Below, one piece after another: positions 1 to 10,654 of a DNA stretch of 64,000 nt (positions are counted from its first letter, which is position 1; every line of letters begins with the position of its first letter). Under the pieces are notes generated by a model. That model did no database searches, was not told the DNA's origin, and saw only the letters and a program-made list of their open reading frames with translations. Position numbers and translations under genes: made by a program. Source of the DNA: a virus; IMG/VR virus record IMGVR_UViG_3300021961_010439, positions 1 to 64,000 of that record. The stretch is one strand, 5' to 3'.

Positions 1-1729
1 AACTTATTCTAATCGTACTACAAATAGTGGATTAACTGGTGGAATAACATATAGACTTGGCGAAACATTAAGTAGCGGTATAGACTATGTAAGATGGAAT
101 AATAGCACAAATACATTATCATTACACAACTGGGATGATCAAGTAACTCCAGGTAATGTTGGGGAGTGGCCGGCAGCATTAATTATGAGAGCAAATTCTG
201 GTATGATGATTAATGCTAATCATTCTTATGATAGTGATACTTTTAATCTAATAGTACGTGGTAGCGGTGATATCAATGACTATCCAATTTTGCTTAGAAC
301 AGATGTTGCTCAAAATAGAGTATATTTACATCATGCACATTTAGTAAGTGGTATATTTTCTAATGGAGTTAGAGTTACTGGTGATTTAGCATTACCAGGC
401 TTAAGTAATAGTGGTACTTTAGTAACATTATCTAGTAATAGAAATTTAATATATCCACAAATATTACCTCAAACATTATTAACCACAACATCAACATATC
501 AACCAACAGGTTATCTGAATTTGAGATGGTTTGAAGATACCAAACGACTTTGCATTGGAAATACCACAACCCATACCGATAATAGTATAGCTTTTGTTGA
601 AAATGAATATAATACTATTATTAGCAATAGTGTTGCTGCTAATGGATCTAATTATACAGTATTTAATAGAGATGGCTTAGGTAGCTGGCCTGGTAGTGGT
701 TTTGTTGTGTTATATTCTGGTGTTAGTGAAAGAGGATTGAGAATAGATTATTTAAATCAAAAAATTGGTATTAATACAACAGCATCAGAATTAGCGGGTA
801 AAAATAATGCATTAGTAGTTAATGGTAGTATTTACGGAACAGCTTTGAGGTTGGGAGAAAGTGCCACATCTGGATATGCTCTAATAGCAGTTGATAATAG
901 TGGAAATTTAGGATACAGAGCAGTAAATCTAGGATTAGCATCAAATACTATACAATATCCATTCATATTAGAAACAGCTAATAATATTACTAAACTTAAA
1001 TTGAGTAGTAGTGATGAAAATGGGGTTGCTTTAGTTAGTGCTGGAAATTATAATGATTTAGGAAGAGTATTATCATGGTATGGAAATTCGGATAGTTGGT
1101 ATGCGCCAGAATTCTTTAGACTATATAAAGGGACTAGTACAAGCCAAAAACATAATATTTTATTTGGACAATATGCATCAAATTATTATTTAACAACACA
1201 AAATATTCATGCTTTTAGTGCTGGAAGTTTTCATACAACCGATAATACTTATGAAGGATCAACACAATATTTACAATATTATTTGAGAGGATCAGGTAAT
1301 GGAGCAGCAACATGTGAGCTTAGTACAGACTTTTCATATGATGATGCCGATAATACTCCGTCGAGCTCCAATGCTAATGTTATTAAATTTCCAAGTACTA
1401 ATCAAGATTACCACTCATGGATGTACGAAGCTATGGTTTCAGTAGTGGGTAGAAATACTAATACTAATGCGTATGCTGCAGGTGCGGTAAAATTAGTAGG
1501 AGCAATAAGACGCTTGGGTGCTGGTAGCGGACTAGCTCATATTGGTAATTACAAACAAGATATTTTTGCCGATTCTGCATTAAATGGCATAGGGGCAGAA
1601 ATGGTATTTAGTCCAGGAACAGCAGGAGCGGGAACAATGACTATTCGTTGTACTGGTGTGGCTGATCATAGAACAGCATGGAGTGCAACAGTTAAGATTA
1701 ATCAATTATCATTACCAGCAGTATTATAG
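1..1729 (+). CDS. Tail fibre-like virion protein, 5'-truncated by the window edge
   Basis: The frame is open from position 2 up to the ATG at 185, so the gene begins upstream of the window. G/S/N/T-rich, with a fibre-like 'KIGINT...LVVNGS' motif; first gene of the + strand structural block. Confidence 0.6.
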   Translation, partial: TYSNRTTNSGLTGGITYRLGETLSSGIDYVRWNNSTNTLSLHNWDDQVTPGNVGEWPAALIMRANSGMMINANHSYDSDTFNLIVRGSGDINDYPILLRTDVAQNRVYLHHAHLVSGIFSNGVRVTGDLALPGLSNSGTLVTLSSNRNLIYPQILPQTLLTTTSTYQPTGYLNLRWFEDTKRLCIGNTTTHTDNSIAFVENEYNTIISNSVAANGSNYTVFNRDGLGSWPGSGFVVLYSGVSERGLRIDYLNQKIGINTTASELAGKNNALVVNGSIYGTALRLGESATSGYALIAVDNSGNLGYRAVNLGLASNTIQYPFILETANNITKLKLSSSDENGVALVSAGNYNDLGRVLSWYGNSDSWYAPEFFRLYKGTSTSQKHNILFGQYASNYYLTTQNIHAFSAGSFHTTDNTYEGSTQYLQYYLRGSGNGAATCELSTDFSYDDADNTPSSSNANVIKFPSTNQDYHSWMYEAMVSVVGRNTNTNAYAAGAVKLVGAIRRLGAGSGLAHIGNYKQDIFADSALNGIGAEMVFSPGTAGAGTMTIRCTGVADHRTAWSATVKINQLSLPAVL

Positions 1730-1738
1730 GATAATTAA

Positions 1739-3781
1739 ATGGCAAATTGTGTTTGTATAAAATATAATGGTATTCTACTTGCTCCAACGCCCATATTAAG
1801 TTTAACTAGAAGTTATCAAGATGTTGGTGGCAAACATGTTGGATCAACTCTGAGCGTAAAATTAGATGGTAAAGTAGTTGCTGGTACGGTTCCACGAGCA
1901 GATCAGGTAGCTAATTTTATATCAAGATATCCTTGTGGTAGCCATTATAATGTGGCCAATGTTGTGGGACTAGCTGGTACAGGAATACATGAATTATTAA
2001 AAGAAGAAAGAAGAATGAGGGAAGTTTTTGTTGCTACTACAGGAGAACTATATTCAGACGATAGAAATGAGCAAAATTTAGGAATTTCTCCTACTCAAGC
2101 TAAAACCCCAGACACTCAAACCAATAAATTTGAACTTAGTGTTAATGGAGATGTTTTAATAGAAGGATACGGTAGAGTAACAAATTATAATTCTAGTTCT
2201 GAAACCTATATTAATACTATAGATTATAGCGTTGAAATAGATATAGAAGAGCATAAAAGTTTATTCAATAATAATGATACCAGATATTTAATTAGTAGTT
2301 ATACTGATACTATTACTATGGAACCTATCGAAGATAGTAATGCTTTTAATGATAACGATCTTGTTATAAGTAATTATTTTGGAGTTGCTTACGGGGCTCA
2401 AAATACAAATTATATTAATAATCACAGTTTTAATACTCGATATAATGTATCGCGTACTATAGAAGCTGTTGGAAAACATTCTAATAATGTGCAGAATTAT
2501 ACTGCTCAAAGTGCTAGAACTTTCGGTGTTGGATTTGGTAGTGCTTTTAGTAATGCACGATATTATGTATTAGATAGATTAAAACATTTGCCAACAGAAA
2601 AATTTATGGCAAATAGTTATGTTACTGTTAATAGAAGCAAAGTTATTGAATCTAGTGAAAGTAATGGATCTTTTAGTATAAGAGAAACTTGTTTAGCAAT
2701 ACATAGTACATTTCATCCTCCGTGGATAGATGATTGGACAGCAGAGGTTAGTATGGATGGTACTTTTTTACAAACTGTGCGTATCAATGGTACAGTTAAG
2801 GGACTAGAAACCTATGGTATAGATATTAGAAACGAAAATGCTAGCATAATGGACGGATCTCAACCAGGAAGTTGGGGATCCACACAGAACGGAACAAGTC
2901 CTGGCGCTCAAAACTTAATTCATAGCTATGCTTATAGCTTACCAGATATAATTACGCCACAAGATCAGAGTACTGACACGCCAGCCCCATCACAATCAAT
3001 TGCTATAAACGATAATGCTGTTATTCGTAATCCAGCCGGCGGTACTATCCCTACTGTAGTAGCTAATCCAGATCTAGAAAAAAAAATTGGCAAATATCAA
3101 AATGCTATACGTGGTATGTATTGGTTAAAAAATAGTCAAGCAATATATGAGACTCCAATTTTTAAAAGAGCACAATTATTTTCATGGAATACTAATAATT
3201 TTAATTCTCCTAATATTAATCCTTATAAATGGTTAAATAATACACAATATCTTAATGAAAGAATGAACGGAATACCATCAGCACTTAATGCAAATATTCC
3301 ACAACTTAATCCTATACCAATTAGCATGACAGAAAGTCATAGAAAAAATGTTGGTGAAATTGATTATAGTTTTGAGTTTAATAATAGGCCACTAAATTTA
3401 ATACCAGGATCAGTTAGCGAAACATTAAATATTAATGATACTTTTCCATCTCAACAAATAGCGGAAGTATTTGTGTTGGGCCGTAAATTAGGACCAGTTT
3501 TACAAAATTTAGGAACAGTTACTAGTAGCACACGAGATATAACTTTTGAAGTTGTATTACCACGACCAAGACTTCTTTCTCAACGATTTATTTTTCCAGC
3601 AGCACAGTATACCGCTATTACTGGGGTTGTTGAACAACTTAATCCCAAATATACTTTTGGAACAACATCCGCACCAGCATCTAGTATTAAAAGTTATATT
3701 AAAAATGATACTCAAAGTTATGATCCGTTAGAAGGTAGAATACGTATTCAAAAAACATGGGTATGGCAAAGAGCTAAATAA
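1739..3781 (+). CDS. Putative tail/baseplate structural protein (680 aa)
   Basis: Long ORF with an AGGA RBS and beta-strand-rich alternating patterns; function inferred from context only. Confidence 0.45.
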   Translation: MANCVCIKYNGILLAPTPILSLTRSYQDVGGKHVGSTLSVKLDGKVVAGTVPRADQVANFISRYPCGSHYNVANVVGLAGTGIHELLKEERRMREVFVATTGELYSDDRNEQNLGISPTQAKTPDTQTNKFELSVNGDVLIEGYGRVTNYNSSSETYINTIDYSVEIDIEEHKSLFNNNDTRYLISSYTDTITMEPIEDSNAFNDNDLVISNYFGVAYGAQNTNYINNHSFNTRYNVSRTIEAVGKHSNNVQNYTAQSARTFGVGFGSAFSNARYYVLDRLKHLPTEKFMANSYVTVNRSKVIESSESNGSFSIRETCLAIHSTFHPPWIDDWTAEVSMDGTFLQTVRINGTVKGLETYGIDIRNENASIMDGSQPGSWGSTQNGTSPGAQNLIHSYAYSLPDIITPQDQSTDTPAPSQSIAINDNAVIRNPAGGTIPTVVANPDLEKKIGKYQNAIRGMYWLKNSQAIYETPIFKRAQLFSWNTNNFNSPNINPYKWLNNTQYLNERMNGIPSALNANIPQLNPIPISMTESHRKNVGEIDYSFEFNNRPLNLIPGSVSETLNINDTFPSQQIAEVFVLGRKLGPVLQNLGTVTSSTRDITFEVVLPRPRLLSQRFIFPAAQYTAITGVVEQLNPKYTFGTTSAPASSIKSYIKNDTQSYDPLEGRIRIQKTWVWQRAK

Positions 3782-3805
3782 TAAGATTTAAATAGGATAT
3801 TAAAT

Positions 3806-6800
3806 ATGAGTGACAACTTAGACTCTGCACCAGTAGAGCGCAGAGAAGGAACAATAACACAAAATATAGCACGAGATACTTCTGTTAGTTTAAGTATAGC
3901 TGACGAATCTTTACTTTATACAGATCAGAGAATATACCAATATGGTCAGTTTGGCCCATATAATCAAACATTGTTTTTAGGATGTAGCATTGTTAATTTT
4001 AACGTTAATCTTGGATGGGGTGCAGAAGCTAGTTCTTTGAGCGTTAGTTTGGTAGAAGATGATAGTCCTCATTGGCTTAGTCCACCATTTATTGCTAATA
4101 ATAATACTATTATTGGTCAGAATAACTTAGCTATTAATCAACCGTTAAATGATATTAATAGTAGACAAACATTTGATGCTACTAATGGTGTACCCATACC
4201 TGATACAAGAACAGATACTTCAAAACCTATTTATCCTGTAGAAGGATTTAGTGGACCTGATGCTAGAATAGGTCAAGATTTACATAGAAATATCTTATTA
4301 AAAGAACAGGAAAAGAACAGAGTTAATACTGAAGAAAATCTTTTATTAAATCTGCCAGCTGTTAATCCTCGTAGACCAGATTTCGGCAAAGTATACTATG
4401 AAATCAAAACAGATGGAACATACTCTAAACAATATTGGACAGGAAAAGATCCTGGATTCGTTGGAGAAAGTTATGATATTTTGGGAACAACTGTAAGATT
4501 TATTTATCATGATTTTGAATTTGTAGGGGTTGTTACTTCGTGGAAAAACAACGGCAGCTCTGGTGGTAAAAACTTATATACTGTAGAAATTAAAAGTTTA
4601 TCTACATTATTAAAAAATACTCAATTAATTATTAGTTATTATCCGGGAACTATTTTTTCTGTGGTGTCACCTACTGATGTTCCACAACCTTTTTCAGAAA
4701 TATCAAACTTTGGATTTCCAAGTAATAATATAGGAAATAGACTTAATACTTTAAATAGTATTGATGCATTAAATTCAAACTTTAGTTCTGGTAATTTTAC
4801 TGGTACTATTGCGGCAGGAAATACGCCGAATGTATTTAATATTTATGGATATTTAGAAAGTCTTAAAGGCTGGGGTAAACATGATATCGATGAACAAGGA
4901 ACAATTGTAAGAGATATTTTGGTTGCTATGGATGACCTTATTAACAAATCAGAACCATTAACAACTCCAGGAGATGATGAAGAAAATCCTCCGCCACCCC
5001 AAGATCAGACTAAATTAATAGATCCTAGATTTAGTCCATATGGTAGAATTATTAGTAAAGCTCCTGCTATTATAAAAGAAAATGCATTATACAAATCACC
5101 ACCATTGGATGCAAATGGTAATCCACGTCCGATAACAATACAATTTTTGAAAGATAAATATACTATAGTATCACCACAAAGTGAATCATTTAAAGCATTA
5201 AAGGAAGAAGATATTGCACAGACCGAATTGCAAAGCGGTAGTGCTACTATTGCTCGACAAGTGCTTGTTCCTCCTGATTATACAAATAATCTTTCTGGAA
5301 ATATTAATTTAACACTAAATAAAATGGGTTTGGTTCCAACATTTATAAGTTCTGATGGAGTTATTCGACAACAATTCACTTTAGACTTTTCTTCTTTACC
5401 TATAGTTCCTTCTGGTTTTAGAATTTCTGGACCTGTTGTTAGTATACTAGACTTAGTAAATCACGTTTGTGAAGCTACTAATCATGACTATTTTGTAGAT
5501 TTTATACCTACTGGGAATCCAATAGGACGTAATACTATCAAAATACGCACGATATCAAGACAAAAACAACCTCCTAATAATTATTTAGTAGAATTAATTA
5601 AAGATACTGAAAATCAAAATATACTAACCAGTTATGACTATGGTTTAGAATTTAATGACGAAGCAACCCTTCGTTCAATGTATATTGGAGCAAAACAAAA
5701 AAGACTATTACAATTAACATCTAACTTTTTATCTCGTAAAAATAATAGCTTATTATTTGATCCAAAAGCTGGTGTGAGACTAACTCATGATACACAAAAT
5801 ATTTTCAATGCTTTAAGAGCCCCTAATCACTTATCTATTAGAAATAGTGGATATACCTATTATTCTTCACTTAATAATATCCCTGGTACTTTAGGCTCTG
5901 GTACTGGTTCTATTGTTTATGATGGACCAACAATATATTCTTCTGGTGATACTACTAACTTATGGAATTATGGCGGCGAAAGAGATCAAAATGTTGGCCG
6001 TGGTAACTATCATAAAACTATAAGATTTTTTAATAATTCTGAATTGGATGACTATAAAAATACATCTGGTGATGTTTTTAAAGATACTGCAAAGGCTATA
6101 TTTAGCGTACCAGATACTCAAACACAAGGAGATATTATAGATGTTGGCACCCCGCAACCAGAAGGTGCCGAAGCATTACAAGACAACTATCCTTTATGGG
6201 ATGATTTTATATGTCCTTATTTTGGATTAGGTATAGATGGCACAGCAAGGCACGTTAGCTTTGATACAAAAATGCAACAACTGCAAGTATTATGTAATGT
6301 TGCTGATATACAAAATATATTGGGCTTTGCCCTTACTAAAGCTTTAAAAATATCTTATAATACCGAGCAACAAACAGACCCTGGAGGAACTCCTGTTCCG
6401 GATCCTACACCACCAACAACATCATCTGTAACATCATATCCTGATAATGAGTTCAAAGGAATAAGCGATCTTAATGATCCCCAAAATGTTAGTAAACAAA
6501 TGTGTGCTAATCTTGATGGACCATCAAGCACAATTAATACATTTCATACAAAATGGAATGTTACTAGTAGAGAATATGCTGATGGAGAAGAAAAGTTTCT
6601 ATTATTAGAAAATGAAATACGTGCTGCTATAGCTGGATTTGATTCCTGGATATACTATACTTTTAATAAAAATTTTACTACAGATCTAGGAGTACTATTA
6701 AGATATGCATTAGTTAGTCAAACTGGTTTAATAGTATCAGAACAAGCTAATGATGACTATAGTAAAACCGTGAATAATGGCGAACCTATTGTTAGTATGG

Positions 6801-9800
6801 TTTTTCATGGTCCTGATCCTCATCTTATAGGAGATAATGTTGCTGAAAGTCCTAATAGTAGCGCCAGCATGATGAACGATAGAGTTAGTGAGATGTTACA
6901 AAAAGTTCATGGTTATGTTAAAAATATTGGAGATACATATTATGGAAAACAATTTATGGTTAAGATTCCTGGAATTACTATATCCAGAGATAAACCATTA
7001 ACATCAGTGAGAGATTTTGATATTATTCATAGTGGAAATACTATACCTATTGAACAATATAATGGTCAAGGTAAGTTATATCCAAATTACAAGCCCGCAA
7101 CAGATGGGGCTTGGGAAGAAGTTGGTAATGTTATTGATGATACTATTATTATTGGATCAATTACTGGAGATTTTTTCACAACGGACGATGGACGTTTTGG
7201 TCCCATATTAGGATATAACGCTAGCTATGAATATCTCAATGATACTATTCCAGATGTAACATTAACAAAGCCAACCAAACCTGATCCAGAAGCTAGTCCT
7301 ACAACAACACCACCTATTAAATTTGTTAGTTTAAATAATAGTCCCAGTAATTATGAATCAGTAAATCTTAGCGACAATACTAAGTCTCCTGGATTCAAAA
7401 ATGTTAATGAGATTTCCCAGGCCACTATTGATACAATTCCTATAGGAGAAGACGCAACGCTTCCATCAAAAAATCCACCAACACTTGCTATGATATTAGC
7501 GTTATCATCTCAACCCGCTACCGGAACAGATATTACTCCTAGTGGATGGTATCCTTCATTAATAACAAGCATGGGAAATAATGAATATTTATTCTATCCA
7601 TATAATTTTCCTGGTTATGGTAATATATCTGAATTATGGCAATTTACTTTTTCTGATGCGGTTTTTATGGGGTTGTCTGCATATGGCAGCGGAGTACCAA
7701 CTAGTACAACAAATTTAGAAGAACATTTACAATATAAATTATATGCTAAGGGATCAATAGAAGATAATTTTGTATTTATTAGACCATACAATGCATCAAC
7801 AGGTTATAGAGAACCTAGAGCAATAATTAATATTAGCTCTCCTGTAGAGTGTAATCCTGTACATTTAGCTAGTAAATATGTTCATCATTGTTTAATGTTG
7901 GATAGTACAATATTTAAGTTGGTTCGTGGTGGTACAGCTCCTAACAGTGTTAAAAGTGTTCGCTCGATACAATGGAGAAAAAATTTATCTGATAATTGTA
8001 CTGGCACAGTTATTGGTGGATTATTTCCTTATAGTGGTGGATTTGGTTTATCTACAAATGTTATTACTAATGCTACAGATCATTTCTTAGATGCATTAAA
8101 TGCTGTTGATAAAGATGCCAATAAGGCTGTAACAATGCCTATTGCTCCAAAAGCTGCTATGCCAGGATTTGCTGCTGTGCCAGTAGAAAGTCAAGCTGCG
8201 GTTTATGGTCCTTGGCTAAATTATCCATGGTTAGTTAGAAAAGAAATTTTTACAAATTCTGATATAAGAGATAATAACTCTTATCTTAATGACTCTATTC
8301 AGAATTTAGTTGGTGGATTAAAGGTTAATATTGTAGAAGAACTTGCTCCTTGGAAATTTGGTGGTATGAAAAATCTAGATATGGAAGCGATTGCTAGAGT
8401 AGAAAACGATAGTAATTATCAAATACAACAAGAATATGGTACTATAAATTTTCCTGGTGCTCCAATATATCGCATTGGCGATTTTGTTGATAAAGTATCT
8501 AGTTTAAATAGTGGACCAATTATTAATTCTATTAGAACCAATATTGGAGAAGGAGGTATTTCCACAGAATATAGTCTAAGAACTTTCACTAGAAGATTCG
8601 GATTATTTAATAAAGAAAATGCTCAAAGAGCTGCTCAGGTTAGTTCGGAAAGACTCGCTAGAAGAAAAGCAATAGCACTACAGGCTGCAGAAGTTTCTAA
8701 TAGAATAATTTCTAATGCAAAAGGTCAAACATTAAATGATGCACCAAAAAGAAATTTTACTAATCCACCATTACCTGAATCGTGGAGAAGTTCTAGCGAA
8801 CTATTAGTAGGACATAATGAATTAAATATTAGATTACCTCTTTTATCTCGTAAAAATCCTGAAGATCAAAAAGATGCTGTAAATAATATTGATCAAATCA
8901 TAAAATATAATTCTAAATGGCCATATAATCCAATATGGGCTAGCGGTCGTCCAGATGGTAGTGGATATAATGTATTAGATTATCCTAAAATATTTAGCAA
9001 TACTCAATTGATGGATAATAGAGAAGCCACATCAATACTAGAAACATCATATGAGAATACTTCTTTTATGAGTTTGGATGGATTATTATCTCCTATATCT
9101 TTTTATCCAACAGAAAATGCTAGAACATATCATATTACTAAATATCCAAGAAAATCATGTAGATATTGTTATGGACAAGGAAAAATAGTATATTCATATG
9201 GATTATCAGGATTAAATAATCTATTGGATGCTCAATCTAGCTCAGATTTTATTCCACAATCTGCTACAAATGGTCCTCAAGCATATGTTGAACAATTTAT
9301 ATCTTGTCCATTCTGTGAACCAGAAAGTAGTAAAGCAGCAGTTTTATTAACCACAAGTAAAAGAGGAAAAGCAAATCCACCTTTTATTGTAACTACCGGA
9401 GTAGACACTATTAGGGCTAATCCAGAAGAAATAAATGGAACTAGAGTATATAAATCTGTTGGGACTGTAATTAATTATTCTACACTCAATCCTGCTATTT
9501 TATCATATGGTGAATTTAGTGCTTTTCAGAACAGACAAAGCGGTGATTATACAAGCAATAGTATAAGAATGTTGGGTATAGGCACAATACCACCAAATAA
9601 GGCTTCTGATAGCTTGAATCAGATGTATACTAGTGATAATAGATTATATAAATCAAATTTAGAGTATGATCAATTATATCTAGATAAAGTTAGCGAGCTG
9701 CATAATATACCGCTTGAAAAAAGAACAGCTAATATAACTCAACTATTAGCCGCGGTGCCGCCAAGTCCAAAACCATTTCGTAATAATGCTAGATTTTTTG

Positions 9801-10654
9801 GATTAAGAGGACCTCTTATGGTTCATGGTTGGGGATATGATACAGAAGGATACCCTGTGCCGAATGCTTCTGGCGAATTACAGTATTTTGGTAATAATGC
9901 AGTATCAGCAACAGGAGTTGATGATCCAAATAATATTTCGTATGTATATAAAAATCAAAAATTTATGTTACTTGATGGTTCTGGTAGGGATATTAATGGA
10001 TTCACTGTAGATGATTTAAAAAATGCTGGTTTTACTATTGTTACCAATCCAACTGGACAGGGTCAAGGATATTATACGGCCCCATATAAAGAACCAACAT
10101 TTGCTCGTGGATGGGCCCAAATTCCATCAACATGGCCAGTTGGTCCAGTAGATCTAAGATGGGACGAAACAGCCAGGGTTTGGACAGCACCAAGTACATA
10201 TAAAAATGTATATGTATTACTAGAAGAAGATTTAAATAATAAGAATATTGCTAGAGGAGAAATAATAGATAATGGCATAGATATAAATAATACTATCTTA
10301 GCTTTAGGATATAGAAAAACCGTTTTTGTTAAAGATAATATGGGCATATACTCTGCTCCTAGATCCTCTATTATTTATTGTTCATATGATCAAGATGGTG
10401 GTTTTTATGAACCAATATCTCAGAGTACTTTTATAACATCTGGAACAATATTATCTAGTAATACTGCTAATTTATATAAACTATTTTATAGACAAGTATC
10501 ATCATTAGGTAATAATACAACAACTAATAATACTCCTAATTTTTATGTTGGTAAATTTATGAATCCTTTAGATTTTAGTATTTCTCCAGGAGACAGGGGT
10601 TTGTTTTTATATACCAAAGACGGATGGGTTATACAGTCTGTTAGGGGTGCATGA
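3806..10654 (+). CDS. Giant putative tail-tip/baseplate hub protein (2282 aa)
   Basis: Long ORF with an AGGA RBS, Pro/Thr-rich linkers and a CRYCYGQG...CPFC Zn-finger-like insert; function inferred from context. Confidence 0.45.
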   Translation: MSDNLDSAPVERREGTITQNIARDTSVSLSIADESLLYTDQRIYQYGQFGPYNQTLFLGCSIVNFNVNLGWGAEASSLSVSLVEDDSPHWLSPPFIANNNTIIGQNNLAINQPLNDINSRQTFDATNGVPIPDTRTDTSKPIYPVEGFSGPDARIGQDLHRNILLKEQEKNRVNTEENLLLNLPAVNPRRPDFGKVYYEIKTDGTYSKQYWTGKDPGFVGESYDILGTTVRFIYHDFEFVGVVTSWKNNGSSGGKNLYTVEIKSLSTLLKNTQLIISYYPGTIFSVVSPTDVPQPFSEISNFGFPSNNIGNRLNTLNSIDALNSNFSSGNFTGTIAAGNTPNVFNIYGYLESLKGWGKHDIDEQGTIVRDILVAMDDLINKSEPLTTPGDDEENPPPPQDQTKLIDPRFSPYGRIISKAPAIIKENALYKSPPLDANGNPRPITIQFLKDKYTIVSPQSESFKALKEEDIAQTELQSGSATIARQVLVPPDYTNNLSGNINLTLNKMGLVPTFISSDGVIRQQFTLDFSSLPIVPSGFRISGPVVSILDLVNHVCEATNHDYFVDFIPTGNPIGRNTIKIRTISRQKQPPNNYLVELIKDTENQNILTSYDYGLEFNDEATLRSMYIGAKQKRLLQLTSNFLSRKNNSLLFDPKAGVRLTHDTQNIFNALRAPNHLSIRNSGYTYYSSLNNIPGTLGSGTGSIVYDGPTIYSSGDTTNLWNYGGERDQNVGRGNYHKTIRFFNNSELDDYKNTSGDVFKDTAKAIFSVPDTQTQGDIIDVGTPQPEGAEALQDNYPLWDDFICPYFGLGIDGTARHVSFDTKMQQLQVLCNVADIQNILGFALTKALKISYNTEQQTDPGGTPVPDPTPPTTSSVTSYPDNEFKGISDLNDPQNVSKQMCANLDGPSSTINTFHTKWNVTSREYADGEEKFLLLENEIRAAIAGFDSWIYYTFNKNFTTDLGVLLRYALVSQTGLIVSEQANDDYSKTVNNGEPIVSMVFHGPDPHLIGDNVAESPNSSASMMNDRVSEMLQKVHGYVKNIGDTYYGKQFMVKIPGITISRDKPLTSVRDFDIIHSGNTIPIEQYNGQGKLYPNYKPATDGAWEEVGNVIDDTIIIGSITGDFFTTDDGRFGPILGYNASYEYLNDTIPDVTLTKPTKPDPEASPTTTPPIKFVSLNNSPSNYESVNLSDNTKSPGFKNVNEISQATIDTIPIGEDATLPSKNPPTLAMILALSSQPATGTDITPSGWYPSLITSMGNNEYLFYPYNFPGYGNISELWQFTFSDAVFMGLSAYGSGVPTSTTNLEEHLQYKLYAKGSIEDNFVFIRPYNASTGYREPRAIINISSPVECNPVHLASKYVHHCLMLDSTIFKLVRGGTAPNSVKSVRSIQWRKNLSDNCTGTVIGGLFPYSGGFGLSTNVITNATDHFLDALNAVDKDANKAVTMPIAPKAAMPGFAAVPVESQAAVYGPWLNYPWLVRKEIFTNSDIRDNNSYLNDSIQNLVGGLKVNIVEELAPWKFGGMKNLDMEAIARVENDSNYQIQQEYGTINFPGAPIYRIGDFVDKVSSLNSGPIINSIRTNIGEGGISTEYSLRTFTRRFGLFNKENAQRAAQVSSERLARRKAIALQAAEVSNRIISNAKGQTLNDAPKRNFTNPPLPESWRSSSELLVGHNELNIRLPLLSRKNPEDQKDAVNNIDQIIKYNSKWPYNPIWASGRPDGSGYNVLDYPKIFSNTQLMDNREATSILETSYENTSFMSLDGLLSPISFYPTENARTYHITKYPRKSCRYCYGQGKIVYSYGLSGLNNLLDAQSSSDFIPQSATNGPQAYVEQFISCPFCEPESSKAAVLLTTSKRGKANPPFIVTTGVDTIRANPEEINGTRVYKSVGTVINYSTLNPAILSYGEFSAFQNRQSGDYTSNSIRMLGIGTIPPNKASDSLNQMYTSDNRLYKSNLEYDQLYLDKVSELHNIPLEKRTANITQLLAAVPPSPKPFRNNARFFGLRGPLMVHGWGYDTEGYPVPNASGELQYFGNNAVSATGVDDPNNISYVYKNQKFMLLDGSGRDINGFTVDDLKNAGFTIVTNPTGQGQGYYTAPYKEPTFARGWAQIPSTWPVGPVDLRWDETARVWTAPSTYKNVYVLLEEDLNNKNIARGEIIDNGIDINNTILALGYRKTVFVKDNMGIYSAPRSSIIYCSYDQDGGFYEPISQSTFITSGTILSSNTANLYKLFYRQVSSLGNNTTTNNTPNFYVGKFMNPLDFSISPGDRGLFLYTKDGWVIQSVRGA

